NCBI GenBank assembly: GCA_963804385.1
Contig: CAWDQD010000009.1
Coordinates: 8,890 to 72,889 of the forward strand
Source: an uncultured Candidatus Micrarchaeota archaeon
GTDB lineage: Archaea; Micrarchaeota; Micrarchaeia; Anstonellales; Bilamarchaeaceae
Direction: 5' to 3'
Length of the DNA stretch: 64,000 bases
The notes beneath the pieces are model-generated. The model did no database searches, was not told where the DNA came from, and worked only from the letters and a program-made list of their open reading frames with translations. This document shows, one piece after another, positions 29,422 to 38,556 of this stretch. How positions within the stretch are numbered: the first letter of the stretch is position 1; the number at the start of each line of letters is the position of its first letter. The position numbers and the translations under genes are program-made.

Positions 29422-30291
29422 ATGTATACCCGGCTGATGTTGATCGGTTTGATAGCGTTCACGCTCCTCCTGGCAGGCTGCTCGAGCAACCGCACTACTG
29501 TAACGTGCAAGGAGAACAAGGATTGCCAATCCTGGCAGTTCTGCAACACGAGCGCATCGTCGCCTGTCTGCACCACACTCGCCGGATACTGCAACTCGAA
29601 CGACGTATGCACCCAGAAGGACCCGCTCATGACATGCGACCTGCAAACGACCCACCTCTGCGTCTATTCGGGGGGCAAATGCAGGACCAACGCCAACTGC
29701 GATAACTGGCAGGTGTGCGATTTGAACCAGACGTGCAGGGCGGCCCCTGGCTACTGCGATTCAGATTCCCAGTGCAACCCTGTCTTCGAGTACTGCAACC
29801 CATCATCGCACCAATGCGGCCCAGCGCCTGGGTACTGCGCTTCGGACACCGATTGCGATTCCTGGAAAAAATGCGACGTCCCAAGCAAGCACTGCATCCT
29901 GATACCTGGCATGTGCGATCTCGATACGGACTGCCAGTCCTGGCAGACCTGCGACGCTAAAACCCATGCATGCGGGCCCAAGCCGGGCTATTGCATCGGG
30001 GATGACGATTGCACGGCATGGGAAAAATGCGATGTCAGCACGGACAAATGCGTCGCGAGGCAGGGCTACTGCATGGCGCAGAACGAATGCACCGATTGGC
30101 AGGACTGCAGCGGCGATACGCACCAGTGCGTCGCCCGCAGAGACCGCTGCGGCACAACCTCGGACTGCGGTTCGTGGGAGTATTGCGACGTCCCCAACCA
30201 CAACTGCAAAGCGCAGATCGGTTTCTGCGATGCGAACACGGATTGCGTCTCCGGCGAGGTCTGCAACCAGCAGACCCATGTCTGCCAATGA
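29422..30291 (+). CDS. Lipoprotein composed of ~9 tandem ~28-aa cysteine repeats
   Basis: Lipobox LLLAGC after an N-terminal hydrophobic segment. Repeat unit C-x2-3-[DN]-C-x-[SN]-W-[QEK]-x-C-[DN]-x3-x-x-C-x3-PGYC, e.g. CASDTDCDSWKKCDVPSKHCILIPGMC, CDLDTDCQSWQTCDAKTHACGPKPGYC, CIGDDDCTAWEKCDVSTDKCVARQGYC. Confidence 0.6.
   Translation: MYTRLMLIGLIAFTLLLAGCSSNRTTVTCKENKDCQSWQFCNTSASSPVCTTLAGYCNSNDVCTQKDPLMTCDLQTTHLCVYSGGKCRTNANCDNWQVCDLNQTCRAAPGYCDSDSQCNPVFEYCNPSSHQCGPAPGYCASDTDCDSWKKCDVPSKHCILIPGMCDLDTDCQSWQTCDAKTHACGPKPGYCIGDDDCTAWEKCDVSTDKCVARQGYCMAQNECTDWQDCSGDTHQCVARRDRCGTTSDCGSWEYCDVPNHNCKAQIGFCDANTDCVSGEVCNQQTHVCQ
29480..30270 (+). repeat. Tandem ~84-nt coding repeats (Cys-repeat lipoprotein)
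   Basis: Recurrent nucleotide blocks such as ...GATTGCCAATCCTGGCAGTTCTGCAACAC..., ...GACTGCCAGTCCTGGCAGACCTGCGACGC..., ...GATTGCGATTCCTGGAAAAAATGCGACGTC..., ...GATTGCACGGCATGGGAAAAATGCGATGTC.... Confidence 0.6.
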
Positions 30292-30325
30292 CCAATTTTT
30301 ATCCTTTCACTTATTATCTAATCCC

Positions 30326-31162
30326 ATGAGCGTTCGTTTCGGTCCTGCGGGCATCCCCATCCAATGCGAAGGGAACACCACGCTCGATGGCATCCGCTGC
30401 TGCAAGGAGCTGGGTCTCGATGCCATGGAGATGGAGTTCGTCCAGGGAGTGCGCATGCGCGAGGACTCCGCCAGGGAGGCCGCGAAGGCAGCTCAAGAAT
30501 ACGACGTTTCGCTGTCATCCCACGCCCCTTATTTCGTCAACCTATGCAGCGGCGACCCGATCAAGGTGGCCAACTCCAAGAAGCACATCCTCTCATCGGC
30601 CCGCATAACCGCCCTGGCAGGAGGCAATATAACCGTCTTCCATCCGGGGTTCTACCAGAAGCTTACGCACGAGGAAGCGTATCTGGTAGCGAAGAAGAAC
30701 CTGTCCGAGATAATATCCGAACTCAAAGCGCAGAACATCAGAATCCGTCTAGGCGCCGAGACCGTAGGGAAGAAAAGCGCGTTCGGCGGCCTGGACGAGA
30801 ACATACGGCTCGCGCAGGAGCTCGAGATGGTGGTGCCTGTCGTGGATATAGCGCATATCCACGCGAGGGGGGACCTCCGCTTGGCGGGCGAATCGGATTA
30901 CAAGGCGCTGTTCGACAAGCTCGAGAAATCGCTCGGCGATTATGTGCACAGCTTCCACTTCCATTTCTCGGAGATACACTATTCGGACAAGGGCGAGCTC
31001 AACCACCTCCCCATCGGGAGCAACAACGAGCCGCCGTTCAAGCCCCTCATGAAGGTGCTCGCCGAGAACGGCTATTCCGGGACGATAATATGCGAGACCC
31101 CGAAGCTCGACTCGGACGCGCTGCTCATGAAGAAAGAGTTCATCGCGAAGGCAGGCAAATAG
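30326..31162 (+). CDS. nfo: Endonuclease IV-family AP endonuclease (xylose-isomerase-like TIM barrel)
   Basis: 278 aa from the internal ATG. HAPYFVNL (compare HxSYLINL), GAETVGKK (ENTAG-like), VVDIAHIHARGD (CIDTCHAFAAG-like), HFHFSEIHYSDKGE (HLNDSK-like), IICETPK. The ORF-track start 29966 overlaps the upstream gene and is rejected. Confidence 0.7.
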   Translation: MSVRFGPAGIPIQCEGNTTLDGIRCCKELGLDAMEMEFVQGVRMREDSAREAAKAAQEYDVSLSSHAPYFVNLCSGDPIKVANSKKHILSSARITALAGGNITVFHPGFYQKLTHEEAYLVAKKNLSEIISELKAQNIRIRLGAETVGKKSAFGGLDENIRLAQELEMVVPVVDIAHIHARGDLRLAGESDYKALFDKLEKSLGDYVHSFHFHFSEIHYSDKGELNHLPIGSNNEPPFKPLMKVLAENGYSGTIICETPKLDSDALLMKKEFIAKAGK

Positions 31163-31171
31163 AGGCGACGC

Positions 31172-32068
31172 ATGCTGCTCATAGATTTCCTCGACGGAGC
31201 TTCTTCCTATCTGCACACGAAGCAGGATGAACTGAAGAAACTCGAGACGCAGTACCGCAAGATATACGATCCGGACCTCGTGCGCGAGATGAAGGTGATC
31301 CGCCGCGAAATCGCGAAGAAGCACAACGAGATCAGGGCGCAACTGCTCCTTAACCTAGAAGAGTTCCGCGCATTGAACCGATATTTCCCGGAGCTGCTAT
31401 CCGCTTTCATGGAGGATGAATACGTCGGGAAGGTCCTTCGGGACAAAGCATGGCTTCTGGATTACAAGATGGTCCCACCGGAGGTAGCAGCGGCCAAGCT
31501 CCAGGAGCTGCGCGGCTGGCGCATGCAGCTGCGGTCAGCCAAGGAAGCCCTCCGCGGGTGGGTCGGTCCGGTGCATTCCAAGGAATTTATCTCATCATAC
31601 CCGGTCCTCAGGGCGCATCTCAAAGGCGATATGGACAGGCAGGACGTCCTGCATGCGATAGACGACCTGGATGACGCATTGCGCAGGGAGGGCTGGCTCG
31701 TGCTCATAACCGACAGCCTCATCAAGATACCCCTGGCGAAATTCATGAACAACATCATAAGCCTCCGCTACGATGAGCAGAAGGCGAGGATGGATCTCGC
31801 CAAGGCGCGGGGTAGGGGGACGATCGCGGAGACGCGGGCGCAGCGTTCCCTGGATGAGCTCCTCGCGAAGAAGGATCATTACGAGAGCGTGATAGCCCAG
31901 ATACTGCTCTCGAATCCACGATACCTGTCCAGCCTCAAGAAGCAGAAGCAATGGCTCTCCCGCGGGAAACCCGACCCCATAGTGCGTTTCGCGCAGAATG
32001 TCACGCCGCATGCCCTGAGGGAGAGGGCGTGGCTGGACGAGATGAGGAAGAGGATAAGCCAGAAATGA
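31172..32068 (+). CDS. Hypothetical protein (298 aa), predicted all-helical
   Basis: Clean ORF 10 nt after nfo. No recognised motif. Confidence 0.5.
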   Translation: MLLIDFLDGASSYLHTKQDELKKLETQYRKIYDPDLVREMKVIRREIAKKHNEIRAQLLLNLEEFRALNRYFPELLSAFMEDEYVGKVLRDKAWLLDYKMVPPEVAAAKLQELRGWRMQLRSAKEALRGWVGPVHSKEFISSYPVLRAHLKGDMDRQDVLHAIDDLDDALRREGWLVLITDSLIKIPLAKFMNNIISLRYDEQKARMDLAKARGRGTIAETRAQRSLDELLAKKDHYESVIAQILLSNPRYLSSLKKQKQWLSRGKPDPIVRFAQNVTPHALRERAWLDEMRKRISQK

Positions 32069-32069
32069 G

Positions 32070-32591
32070 TCATCCGAGCTCTTTCATCCGCTGTTCTATC
32101 CTAGCTTTCAGCATGGGTGTGAGGCGGGGGTCGTTCTGCAGGAACAGGGAATAGAAATTCATGAGCAGCGCCTTGGTCTTCTTCGGGTCGCTCTCGTAAG
32201 CCAGCTTCAGGTGCTTCCCGCACCGCGGGTCGTCCTGGAACATGTAGCAGAGCGCCAGGAAGAAATGGGATACCGGGTCGTTCGGCTCGATGGCGAGGGA
32301 ATTCTTGAACGCTTCCTCGGCGCCTACCATATCGAACATCTCGAAGTGCGCCATGCCCTTCACTATATAGTATTTCGATCTCCGCCCTATCATCAGGGCG
32401 CGTTCGAAGCATTCCATTGCGGCGTCGTAATTCTTCATCTTCAGGCTGACCACGCCGCGCAGGTACCATAAGTCATCGCTGCCGTCGCTCTGCAGGATCA
32501 GGCGGTCAATCATGCTGGCCGCTTCCTTGTATTTCTTCTGGGCGAGCATGCTCTTAGCTTCATCGACGCTATCCATGGTTTTTTCTCTCAA
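32070..32591 (-). CDS. TPR-repeat protein
   Basis: 173 aa. W-LG-Y-A-F-P helical repeats (LWYLRGVVSLKMKNYDAAMECFERAL..., GMAHFEMFDMVGAEEAFKNSLAIEPN). Confidence 0.65.
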   Translation of the reverse strand: MREKTMDSVDEAKSMLAQKKYKEAASMIDRLILQSDGSDDLWYLRGVVSLKMKNYDAAMECFERALMIGRRSKYYIVKGMAHFEMFDMVGAEEAFKNSLAIEPNDPVSHFFLALCYMFQDDPRCGKHLKLAYESDPKKTKALLMNFYSLFLQNDPRLTPMLKARIEQRMKELG

Positions 32592-32652
32592 GGAAACCTT
32601 TTAAAGTGTTATATGCAGAGTATTATCGTGAATAGCGTAAAAAAGTGGTAAT

Positions 32653-32937
32653 ATGTCAGCAACGTTCGCAGAAAAAAAGGACGCCGAGATCTCGCCGGTA
32701 GAGAAAGCCCCGGAGCTAGCCTCCCAGGTCATAAAGCGCGGGTCAGCGGAATTGCACACTCCTATAGACGCGCTCGGAACATGTTCCATGAACATGCGCA
32801 TACCTTCAGAAGGGACTTATCATAGCGTGATGACCGCGGATTTCAAGATGCGCGTCGCAGCCAACGTCCAGCAGTTCATGCTCGAAGGCACGACTCCGCT
32901 TCCGGAGCGCTTCGTGAAGATGCTCCAGTCCGTCTAA
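32653..32937 (+). CDS. Small hypothetical protein (94 aa)
   Basis: ORF with a TATA-like TTATATGCAG about 45 nt upstream. No motif. Confidence 0.3.
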   Translation: MSATFAEKKDAEISPVEKAPELASQVIKRGSAELHTPIDALGTCSMNMRIPSEGTYHSVMTADFKMRVAANVQQFMLEGTTPLPERFVKMLQSV

Positions 32938-32944
32938 TCCCCAG

Positions 32945-33502
32945 GTGGGCCGTTTGGAACTTGTCGCAGACGCATCAACCTATTCAATAAACCGCGGAGC
33001 CATCGGCTTGGCCATACTCGCATCCTCGATCATCGTGCTCTTCGTCATCCCTGTCTCGATGGCGGTGCAGCCGCCCCAGTACCTTGCCGCATTCAAGCCG
33101 GCCCTGGAGGCGGAGGCTGCCGGTTCGGTGGCTCTGCTCTTCATGATAGCGCTTTTCCTGCTGGGCAGGGGGATGCTGCTCAAGATGCCGTTGCGGGTCT
33201 ATAACGAAGGCCTGCTGATCCAGCCGATGCTCTCCACGACGCCATCTATCGTATCATACGCGGATATAGCCAGTATCGAGCTCTGGCATGGGACAGATAA
33301 GAAAAGCGGCTGCAGGGTCCTCTCCAGGGATGGCAAGCGCATCACTAGCGTGGAGACGTTCCGCGACAAGACATGCGCGAAGGAATTCGCCGGGCTCATC
33401 ATCCCCCCGATCGAGGCCGCAGGCTTCACTGTCCGGAGCGAAGAGGACGCCAGCTCGTTTTCGGTCATTTTCAGGCGCGGATCTCCGGCGGCATCCCAAT
33501 AA
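32945..33502 (+). CDS. Hypothetical membrane protein (3 predicted TM helices)
   Basis: 185 aa. Hydrophobic segments AIGLAILASSIIVLFVIPV, VALLFMIALFLLG. Confidence 0.45.
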   Translation: MGRLELVADASTYSINRGAIGLAILASSIIVLFVIPVSMAVQPPQYLAAFKPALEAEAAGSVALLFMIALFLLGRGMLLKMPLRVYNEGLLIQPMLSTTPSIVSYADIASIELWHGTDKKSGCRVLSRDGKRITSVETFRDKTCAKEFAGLIIPPIEAAGFTVRSEEDASSFSVIFRRGSPAASQ

Positions 33503-33555
33503 TAAAGCTTTTTGATTAATCTTTATCCAAACAAATCCAAATTGAGGTATATCGA

Positions 33556-34878
33556 GTGGGCAAGAACATCCAGACGACAAGCAAGAGGCCATTCATCTTC
33601 GTGGCATTCCTTCTCATAACCGCAGGCTTCGCCTGCTGGTCCTTCAACACCTTCGGGTATTATTGGACCGTACTGATACCGAACGTCCTCCTGCTCTACA
33701 TAACCACGGTCCTCCTGGTCGTCTATATGGATGGCTCCCACAAGTACGACAAGCCGCCTCCACGCAAGGAATTCGCCCCCGTCACGGTGATTATACCTTC
33801 ATACAACTGCAAGGACCTCATAGGCCAGACCATAGACTCGTTGAAGGCCTCCGAGTATCCGGACGGCATAGAGATACTGGTCGTCGACGATGGCAGCACG
33901 GACGGGACGCGGGACATGCTCAAGGGCATAAAGGGCATCCGGCTGGTCCTGAAGGACAAGAACGAAGGGAAGGCGGAAGCCCTCAACGAGGCGATAAAGA
34001 TCGCCTCCCACGACTACGTCTTCTGCGTGGATTCGGACTCCTATGTTTCAAAGAACGCCATCCGCGACATGATGGCCAAGATGCTCAATGACGATAGCGT
34101 CGGGGCTGTCACATGCTTCGTCAAGGTGTCAAATAACAAGTCCCTGCTCGGCAAGGTGCAGGAGATAGAGTATTTCGTGGGTTTCGGGTTCTCGGCGATA
34201 ACAAATTACATGCTGGACGCCGTGTTCGTGACCCCCGGTCCGATGACGCTCTTCAGGAAAGACGCCCTCCTCAGCGTGGGTTTCTTCGACGTGGGCAACA
34301 TCACCGAGGACCTCGAGATGGCATGGCGGCTCCGCAAGGCGGGGTACAAGATAACCTATGCCTACGAGGCTGTGGTATACACCCTGGTGCCCCAGACGCT
34401 CAGCGCGCTCCTGAGGCAGCGGATACGCTGGTACCGAGGCAAATTGAGCAACATCTCCAAGCACAGGGACATGTTCCTGAATCCGAAATACGAGTATTTC
34501 GGCATGTTCATCATGCCATTCTCGCTCGCTAGCGAACTGGCCGCGATGGGCACCATCTACTTCATAACGTACATGGTGGCATACACGCTCTTCTGGAACG
34601 TGCAGGTCATACTCGCATATATCCACACCAGCAGCCTGACGCTCGCGAACCTCATCACAGGCCTGTTCGGTTCCAGCGCGGGCATATTCATGTTCCTGAT
34701 CGTGGTCATCCCATGGATATACGCGATCTGGGTCAGCCACAAGCTCGGCAATAAGGCGTTGTCCATCATGGACATCCCGGCCTTGGGTGTCTTCCTGTTC
34801 GTATACAGCGTCTTCCTGTCCGGGGTCTACGTTTATAGCCTGTTCGAGGAGATATACGGAAGCGACTATCTTTGGTGA
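33556..34878 (+). CDS. Family-2 glycosyltransferase, membrane-integrated (processive synthase-like)
   Basis: 440 aa. DDGSTDGT, DSDS, QRIRWYRG (QxxRW). TM helices flank the catalytic domain, a cellulose/chitin/hyaluronan-synthase-like architecture. Confidence 0.8.
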   Translation: MGKNIQTTSKRPFIFVAFLLITAGFACWSFNTFGYYWTVLIPNVLLLYITTVLLVVYMDGSHKYDKPPPRKEFAPVTVIIPSYNCKDLIGQTIDSLKASEYPDGIEILVVDDGSTDGTRDMLKGIKGIRLVLKDKNEGKAEALNEAIKIASHDYVFCVDSDSYVSKNAIRDMMAKMLNDDSVGAVTCFVKVSNNKSLLGKVQEIEYFVGFGFSAITNYMLDAVFVTPGPMTLFRKDALLSVGFFDVGNITEDLEMAWRLRKAGYKITYAYEAVVYTLVPQTLSALLRQRIRWYRGKLSNISKHRDMFLNPKYEYFGMFIMPFSLASELAAMGTIYFITYMVAYTLFWNVQVILAYIHTSSLTLANLITGLFGSSAGIFMFLIVVIPWIYAIWVSHKLGNKALSIMDIPALGVFLFVYSVFLSGVYVYSLFEEIYGSDYLW

Positions 34879-34882
34879 ACAC

Positions 34883-35533
34883 ATGAATCTCGACATATTC
34901 CTGAAGGCCGCGCTGATAACCGGCGTGCTGGTGCTGGTATCTCTCATCGTCGGCAGCTACATAGAAGGCGCTGCGTACAGCAAGCTGAACAACGACCTGC
35001 TCAAGATTAGCGAGGACAACGAAGCGGTCCTCATAATGCAGTCGTTCGAAGGGGACAACAGCACGCAGATATGCAGCATGATCGCGAGCCAGACGGATTC
35101 AATGAACGGCAAGATATACAATCTCCGTTCGGATCTAGAAGCGCAGAACAGCATGAGCATCCTCACCGATTACGATCTGATCAGGAGCGAATATTTCCTC
35201 GCCAACGCACGCCTCCTCTCGCTCACCAAGATGTATGACCGGCAGTGCGGCGGAAGCGACAACATCGCGCTCTTCTTCTACACCAGCGAGAAGGAGTGCC
35301 CCGACTGCTACGCGCAGGGCCGCATATTGGACCAGGTCCGGGCAAGCTGCAAGAACGCGCAGGTGTTCTCGTTCCCTGTGGATGTGGACATGAGCGTGAT
35401 AAAATCGTTCATGGCATACTACAACGTGTCCAAATCCCCGTCCGTGGTCATCGACACGCCTTCGAACGACATAGTCCTCTCGAACGTGACCAGTGCCGAT
35501 GATATCATGCGGCTTATGAATTGCACGAATTGA
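34883..35533 (+). CDS. Membrane-anchored thioredoxin-fold protein (CPDC motif)
   Basis: 216 aa from the internal ATG. N-terminal TM LITGVLVLVSLIVG. FFYTSEKECPDCYAQ fits the thioredoxin/DsbA-like FxxxxCxxC pattern. The start is 5 nt after the GT2 stop. Confidence 0.45.
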   Translation: MNLDIFLKAALITGVLVLVSLIVGSYIEGAAYSKLNNDLLKISEDNEAVLIMQSFEGDNSTQICSMIASQTDSMNGKIYNLRSDLEAQNSMSILTDYDLIRSEYFLANARLLSLTKMYDRQCGGSDNIALFFYTSEKECPDCYAQGRILDQVRASCKNAQVFSFPVDVDMSVIKSFMAYYNVSKSPSVVIDTPSNDIVLSNVTSADDIMRLMNCTN

Positions 35534-36499
35534 TCATTCCATCTCTATGGTTCCCGGCGGCTTGTTCGTGATGTCGTAGACAACGCGCCCTACCGAGCGG
35601 ATCTCATTCGTGATGCGCGTGGATATCTTCTCGAGCACATCGTGCGGTATCGGTGAGAAATTAGCGGTCATTCCATCGAGCGAGCGCACCGCCCGCACGA
35701 TGACTATGTACTGGTACGCCCTCTCGTCCCCGCGCACGCCGACGGTCTTCGAAGGCAGCAGGGCCGCGAAATACTGCCATGGCCTCTCCATCCTTCCAGC
35801 TGCCACTGCAGCGTCTATCTCATGCTCGGCGATGTCGCAGGCGTCCTGGACTATCTTGACCTTCTCCTCGGTTATCTCGCCCACTATGCGGACCGCCAGA
35901 CCCGGTCCGGGGAACGGCTGCCTCTGGTGGATGGTCTCCGGCAGGCCCAGCTCCTTGCCAACCATCCTGACTTCGTGCTTATAGAGCTCGCGGAGCGGCT
36001 CGCAAAGCTTCATATCCATCTTCTCTGGAAGGCCGCCCACGTTGTGATGGCTCTTTATGGTGTCGCGTCCCAAGCCCCCGCTCTCTATCCAGTCCGGAGC
36101 TATGGTGCCCTGCACGAGGTATTTCGATTTGCTCTTTTTGGCCTCCTCCTCGAATATGCGTATGAACAGCTCGCCGATTATCTTCCTTTTCCTCTCCGGG
36201 TCGCTTACTCCTTCGAGCGCGTCCAGGAATCTCTTTTTGGCTTCCACGACCTTGAGGTCCACTCCGACGCTGTTGGCGGTCTCCACGACCTTCTCGGTCT
36301 CCCCCTTGCGCATCATGCCAGTGTCCACATAGACGGCGTGCAATCGGCCCGGGGCCGCGTGGACGGCCAACGTGGCGGCTACGAACGAATCCACGCCGCC
36401 TGATACGGCGGTGATCGCACGCTCGTCCCCTATCGCGGCCTTTATCTCCTTTACGGATGTCTCGATGAATTTTTTAGGGTTGAAAGGCATATCACGCAC
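35534..36499 (-). CDS. guaA: GMP synthase (glutamine-hydrolysing) subunit B, ATP-pyrophosphatase
   Basis: 321 aa. PP-loop SGGVDSFV, GMP-synthase C-terminal dimerisation region. Archaeal split guaA-B type. Confidence 0.85.
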   Translation of the reverse strand: MRDMPFNPKKFIETSVKEIKAAIGDERAITAVSGGVDSFVAATLAVHAAPGRLHAVYVDTGMMRKGETEKVVETANSVGVDLKVVEAKKRFLDALEGVSDPERKRKIIGELFIRIFEEEAKKSKSKYLVQGTIAPDWIESGGLGRDTIKSHHNVGGLPEKMDMKLCEPLRELYKHEVRMVGKELGLPETIHQRQPFPGPGLAVRIVGEITEEKVKIVQDACDIAEHEIDAAVAAGRMERPWQYFAALLPSKTVGVRGDERAYQYIVIVRAVRSLDGMTANFSPIPHDVLEKISTRITNEIRSVGRVVYDITNKPPGTIEME

Positions 36500-37265
36500 C
36501 TTTTAGGGCATCTGAGATCGTGGTCAACTGCTGGGGCATCCCGAGCATGCTGGCCGCGGCATCGATGAAGAGGAAGATGATAGCCAGCTTGAGCACTGCG
36601 ACCACCAGCGCCATGACGAATCCAGGTATGGGGCCGATGCGATGCGCGATGGAATACGACCTGCCAGCCACCATTATGGATAGATAGATGTTGGCGGCTA
36701 TGAGACAGATCCCGCCCAGCAGCTGGAGGCACGGTATCGGGAAGAAGATATAGAGGCCCGAAACGAACGCCGTGGAAAGTGCCACGACCGATGATAGGTA
36801 GAGCTGCTGCGCGAATGTCGCTTTGCCCCCCATCATGCGCAGGATCCGGAATACGCCGTATTCAAAAGCCAGGGCGAGCAGGACGCTTACCGGCAGGTAG
36901 ACTATGAACGAAAGCAGGACCGGGGCGATGAGGGCAGCCGTCCCGACGGTTGGCTGCGCAGTCCCTATGGCATCCTGGATGGCCTGCGATTCCGCGTTCG
37001 CCATATACGCTGAGCCGACGATGGCCACCACGGAAGTGAGGAATGTTATCAGGCCTCCGAGGAGGAAGACCTCTACCGCCAGGCGCTTATCTGCATCCGG
37101 TATGGCATTCTCCAGCACGCTGTCTATGTCGTGATAGTTGAAGAGCCGCTTCGCGCTATCCCAGGGCTTCATCATCCTCCTGAACGTCGCGATCAGGCCC
37201 AGTATGGCACCTCTGACCCGCTCCCGGAAACTGGGCTTGGCATCTGATTTCTTGCTGGGCATCAC
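36492..37265 (-). CDS. Yip1-like multi-TM membrane protein
   Basis: 257 aa, five predicted TM helices. The topology pattern resembles the Yip1 domain. Low-specificity call. Confidence 0.45.
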   Translation of the reverse strand: MMPSKKSDAKPSFRERVRGAILGLIATFRRMMKPWDSAKRLFNYHDIDSVLENAIPDADKRLAVEVFLLGGLITFLTSVVAIVGSAYMANAESQAIQDAIGTAQPTVGTAALIAPVLLSFIVYLPVSVLLALAFEYGVFRILRMMGGKATFAQQLYLSSVVALSTAFVSGLYIFFPIPCLQLLGGICLIAANIYLSIMVAGRSYSIAHRIGPIPGFVMALVVAVLKLAIIFLFIDAAASMLGMPQQLTTISDALKGA

Positions 37266-37314
37266 ATACCTATGAGTGGGTCGCTTTTAAATAAATTGGC
37301 AGCCTTCACTCTCC

Positions 37315-38556
37315 ATGCGAATCGTGGCCGATCTGCATGTGCACAGCAAATACGCCCGCGCCACCAGCTCGCGCTGCGACATACCCGGCCTGTGCGAAGG
37401 CGCAAAGGTGAAAGGCATAGATGTGATCGCGAGCGGAGATTTCACGCACCCGGCGTATTTCAGCGAGATTCGCCGAGATCTTGGACCCTCCGAAGACGGG
37501 ACCGGCCTCTATCCCTATTGCGGGGTCAGATTCATCCTCTCCACCGAGATAAGCCTCATCTATTCCAGCAAACTCGGCCCGAAGAGGATGCATCATCTGG
37601 TGCTCGCGCCTTCGCTGGATGTGGCGGCGCAGATCAATGACGAGCTGGGCAAGCGCGGCAACCTCAAGAGCGACGGGAGGCCCATACTCGGGATATCTTC
37701 CCCGGAATTCGCGGATATCCTTCTCTCGATTTCCCAAGAAATATCCATCATACCCGCGCATGTCTGGACCCCCTGGTTCTCTATATTCGGCTCGAAATCC
37801 GGCGTGGACACCGTGGAGCAGGCGTTCGAGGACAAGGCGGACAGGATATTCGCATTGGAAACGGGTTTGTCGTCGGATCCTGCCATGAACTGGATGCTCA
37901 GCTCTCTGGATAAATTCTCGCTCGTGTCCAACAGCGACGCGCACAGCCCGGAGAAGCTTGGCAGGGAGGCGAATGTTCTTGATGTTCCGGAAGCCTCTTA
38001 CCGCTCGATCATGGAGGCGATAAAGACACGCAAGGGGTTCGTCAAGACATACGAATTCTACCCCGAGGAAGGGAAATACCATTACGACGGCCATCGTGAC
38101 TGCAAAGTGCTCCTCTCGCCTTGGGAATCGAAAGATAAGAAGGATATCTGCCCTGTCTGCAGGAAAAAGGTGACCGTGGGCGTGCTCCACCGCGTCGCTG
38201 ACCTTGCCGACCGCAAATTCGGATTCAAGCCCGAGAACGCGGTCCCGTTCCAGCATATAGTGCCCCTCACGACAGTGATATCTAAGGCCATCAAGAAACC
38301 CGAGACGTCTATCCGGGTAGCTGAGGAATACGGCAAGATGATAAGATCATTCGGGACCGAGTTCGCCGTATACGAATCCGACGAAGCCCGGATCCGGCAG
38401 AGCGCTCCGAAAGAGATAGCCGATGCGCTCATCAAGGTGAAATCCGGAGAGGCGAGATGGGTCCCTGGCTACGACGGGGTCTTCGGCGAGCTGGTGCTCG
38501 ATGATAGCAAACCAAAAGCGATAGACAAGAAGCAGAAGAGCCTGGACGACTATTGA
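37315..38556 (+). CDS. PHP-domain protein with C-terminal zinc finger, Endonuclease Q-like
   Basis: 413 aa. N-terminal MRIVADLHVHSKYARATS (PHP HxH). C4 zinc finger CPVCRKK near aa 280. The size and architecture match the archaeal EndoQ / TIGR00375-type family as I recall it. Confidence 0.5.
   Translation: MRIVADLHVHSKYARATSSRCDIPGLCEGAKVKGIDVIASGDFTHPAYFSEIRRDLGPSEDGTGLYPYCGVRFILSTEISLIYSSKLGPKRMHHLVLAPSLDVAAQINDELGKRGNLKSDGRPILGISSPEFADILLSISQEISIIPAHVWTPWFSIFGSKSGVDTVEQAFEDKADRIFALETGLSSDPAMNWMLSSLDKFSLVSNSDAHSPEKLGREANVLDVPEASYRSIMEAIKTRKGFVKTYEFYPEEGKYHYDGHRDCKVLLSPWESKDKKDICPVCRKKVTVGVLHRVADLADRKFGFKPENAVPFQHIVPLTTVISKAIKKPETSIRVAEEYGKMIRSFGTEFAVYESDEARIRQSAPKEIADALIKVKSGEARWVPGYDGVFGELVLDDSKPKAIDKKQKSLDDY

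Noticed and set aside
29966-30325. 5' extension of the endonuclease IV ORF, a 398-aa version starting at 29966
   Set aside because: It would overlap the Cys-repeat lipoprotein gene by 326 nt in another frame, and the extension is Arg/Ala-rich low complexity. The conserved Nfo sequence begins at the internal ATG 30326.
30364-31230. 288-aa Arg-rich plus ORF, with similar ORFs at 30009..30329 and 30387..30608
   Set aside because: Alternative-frame shadow ORFs of nfo and the Cys-repeat gene. Their composition is extreme in R, G and P.
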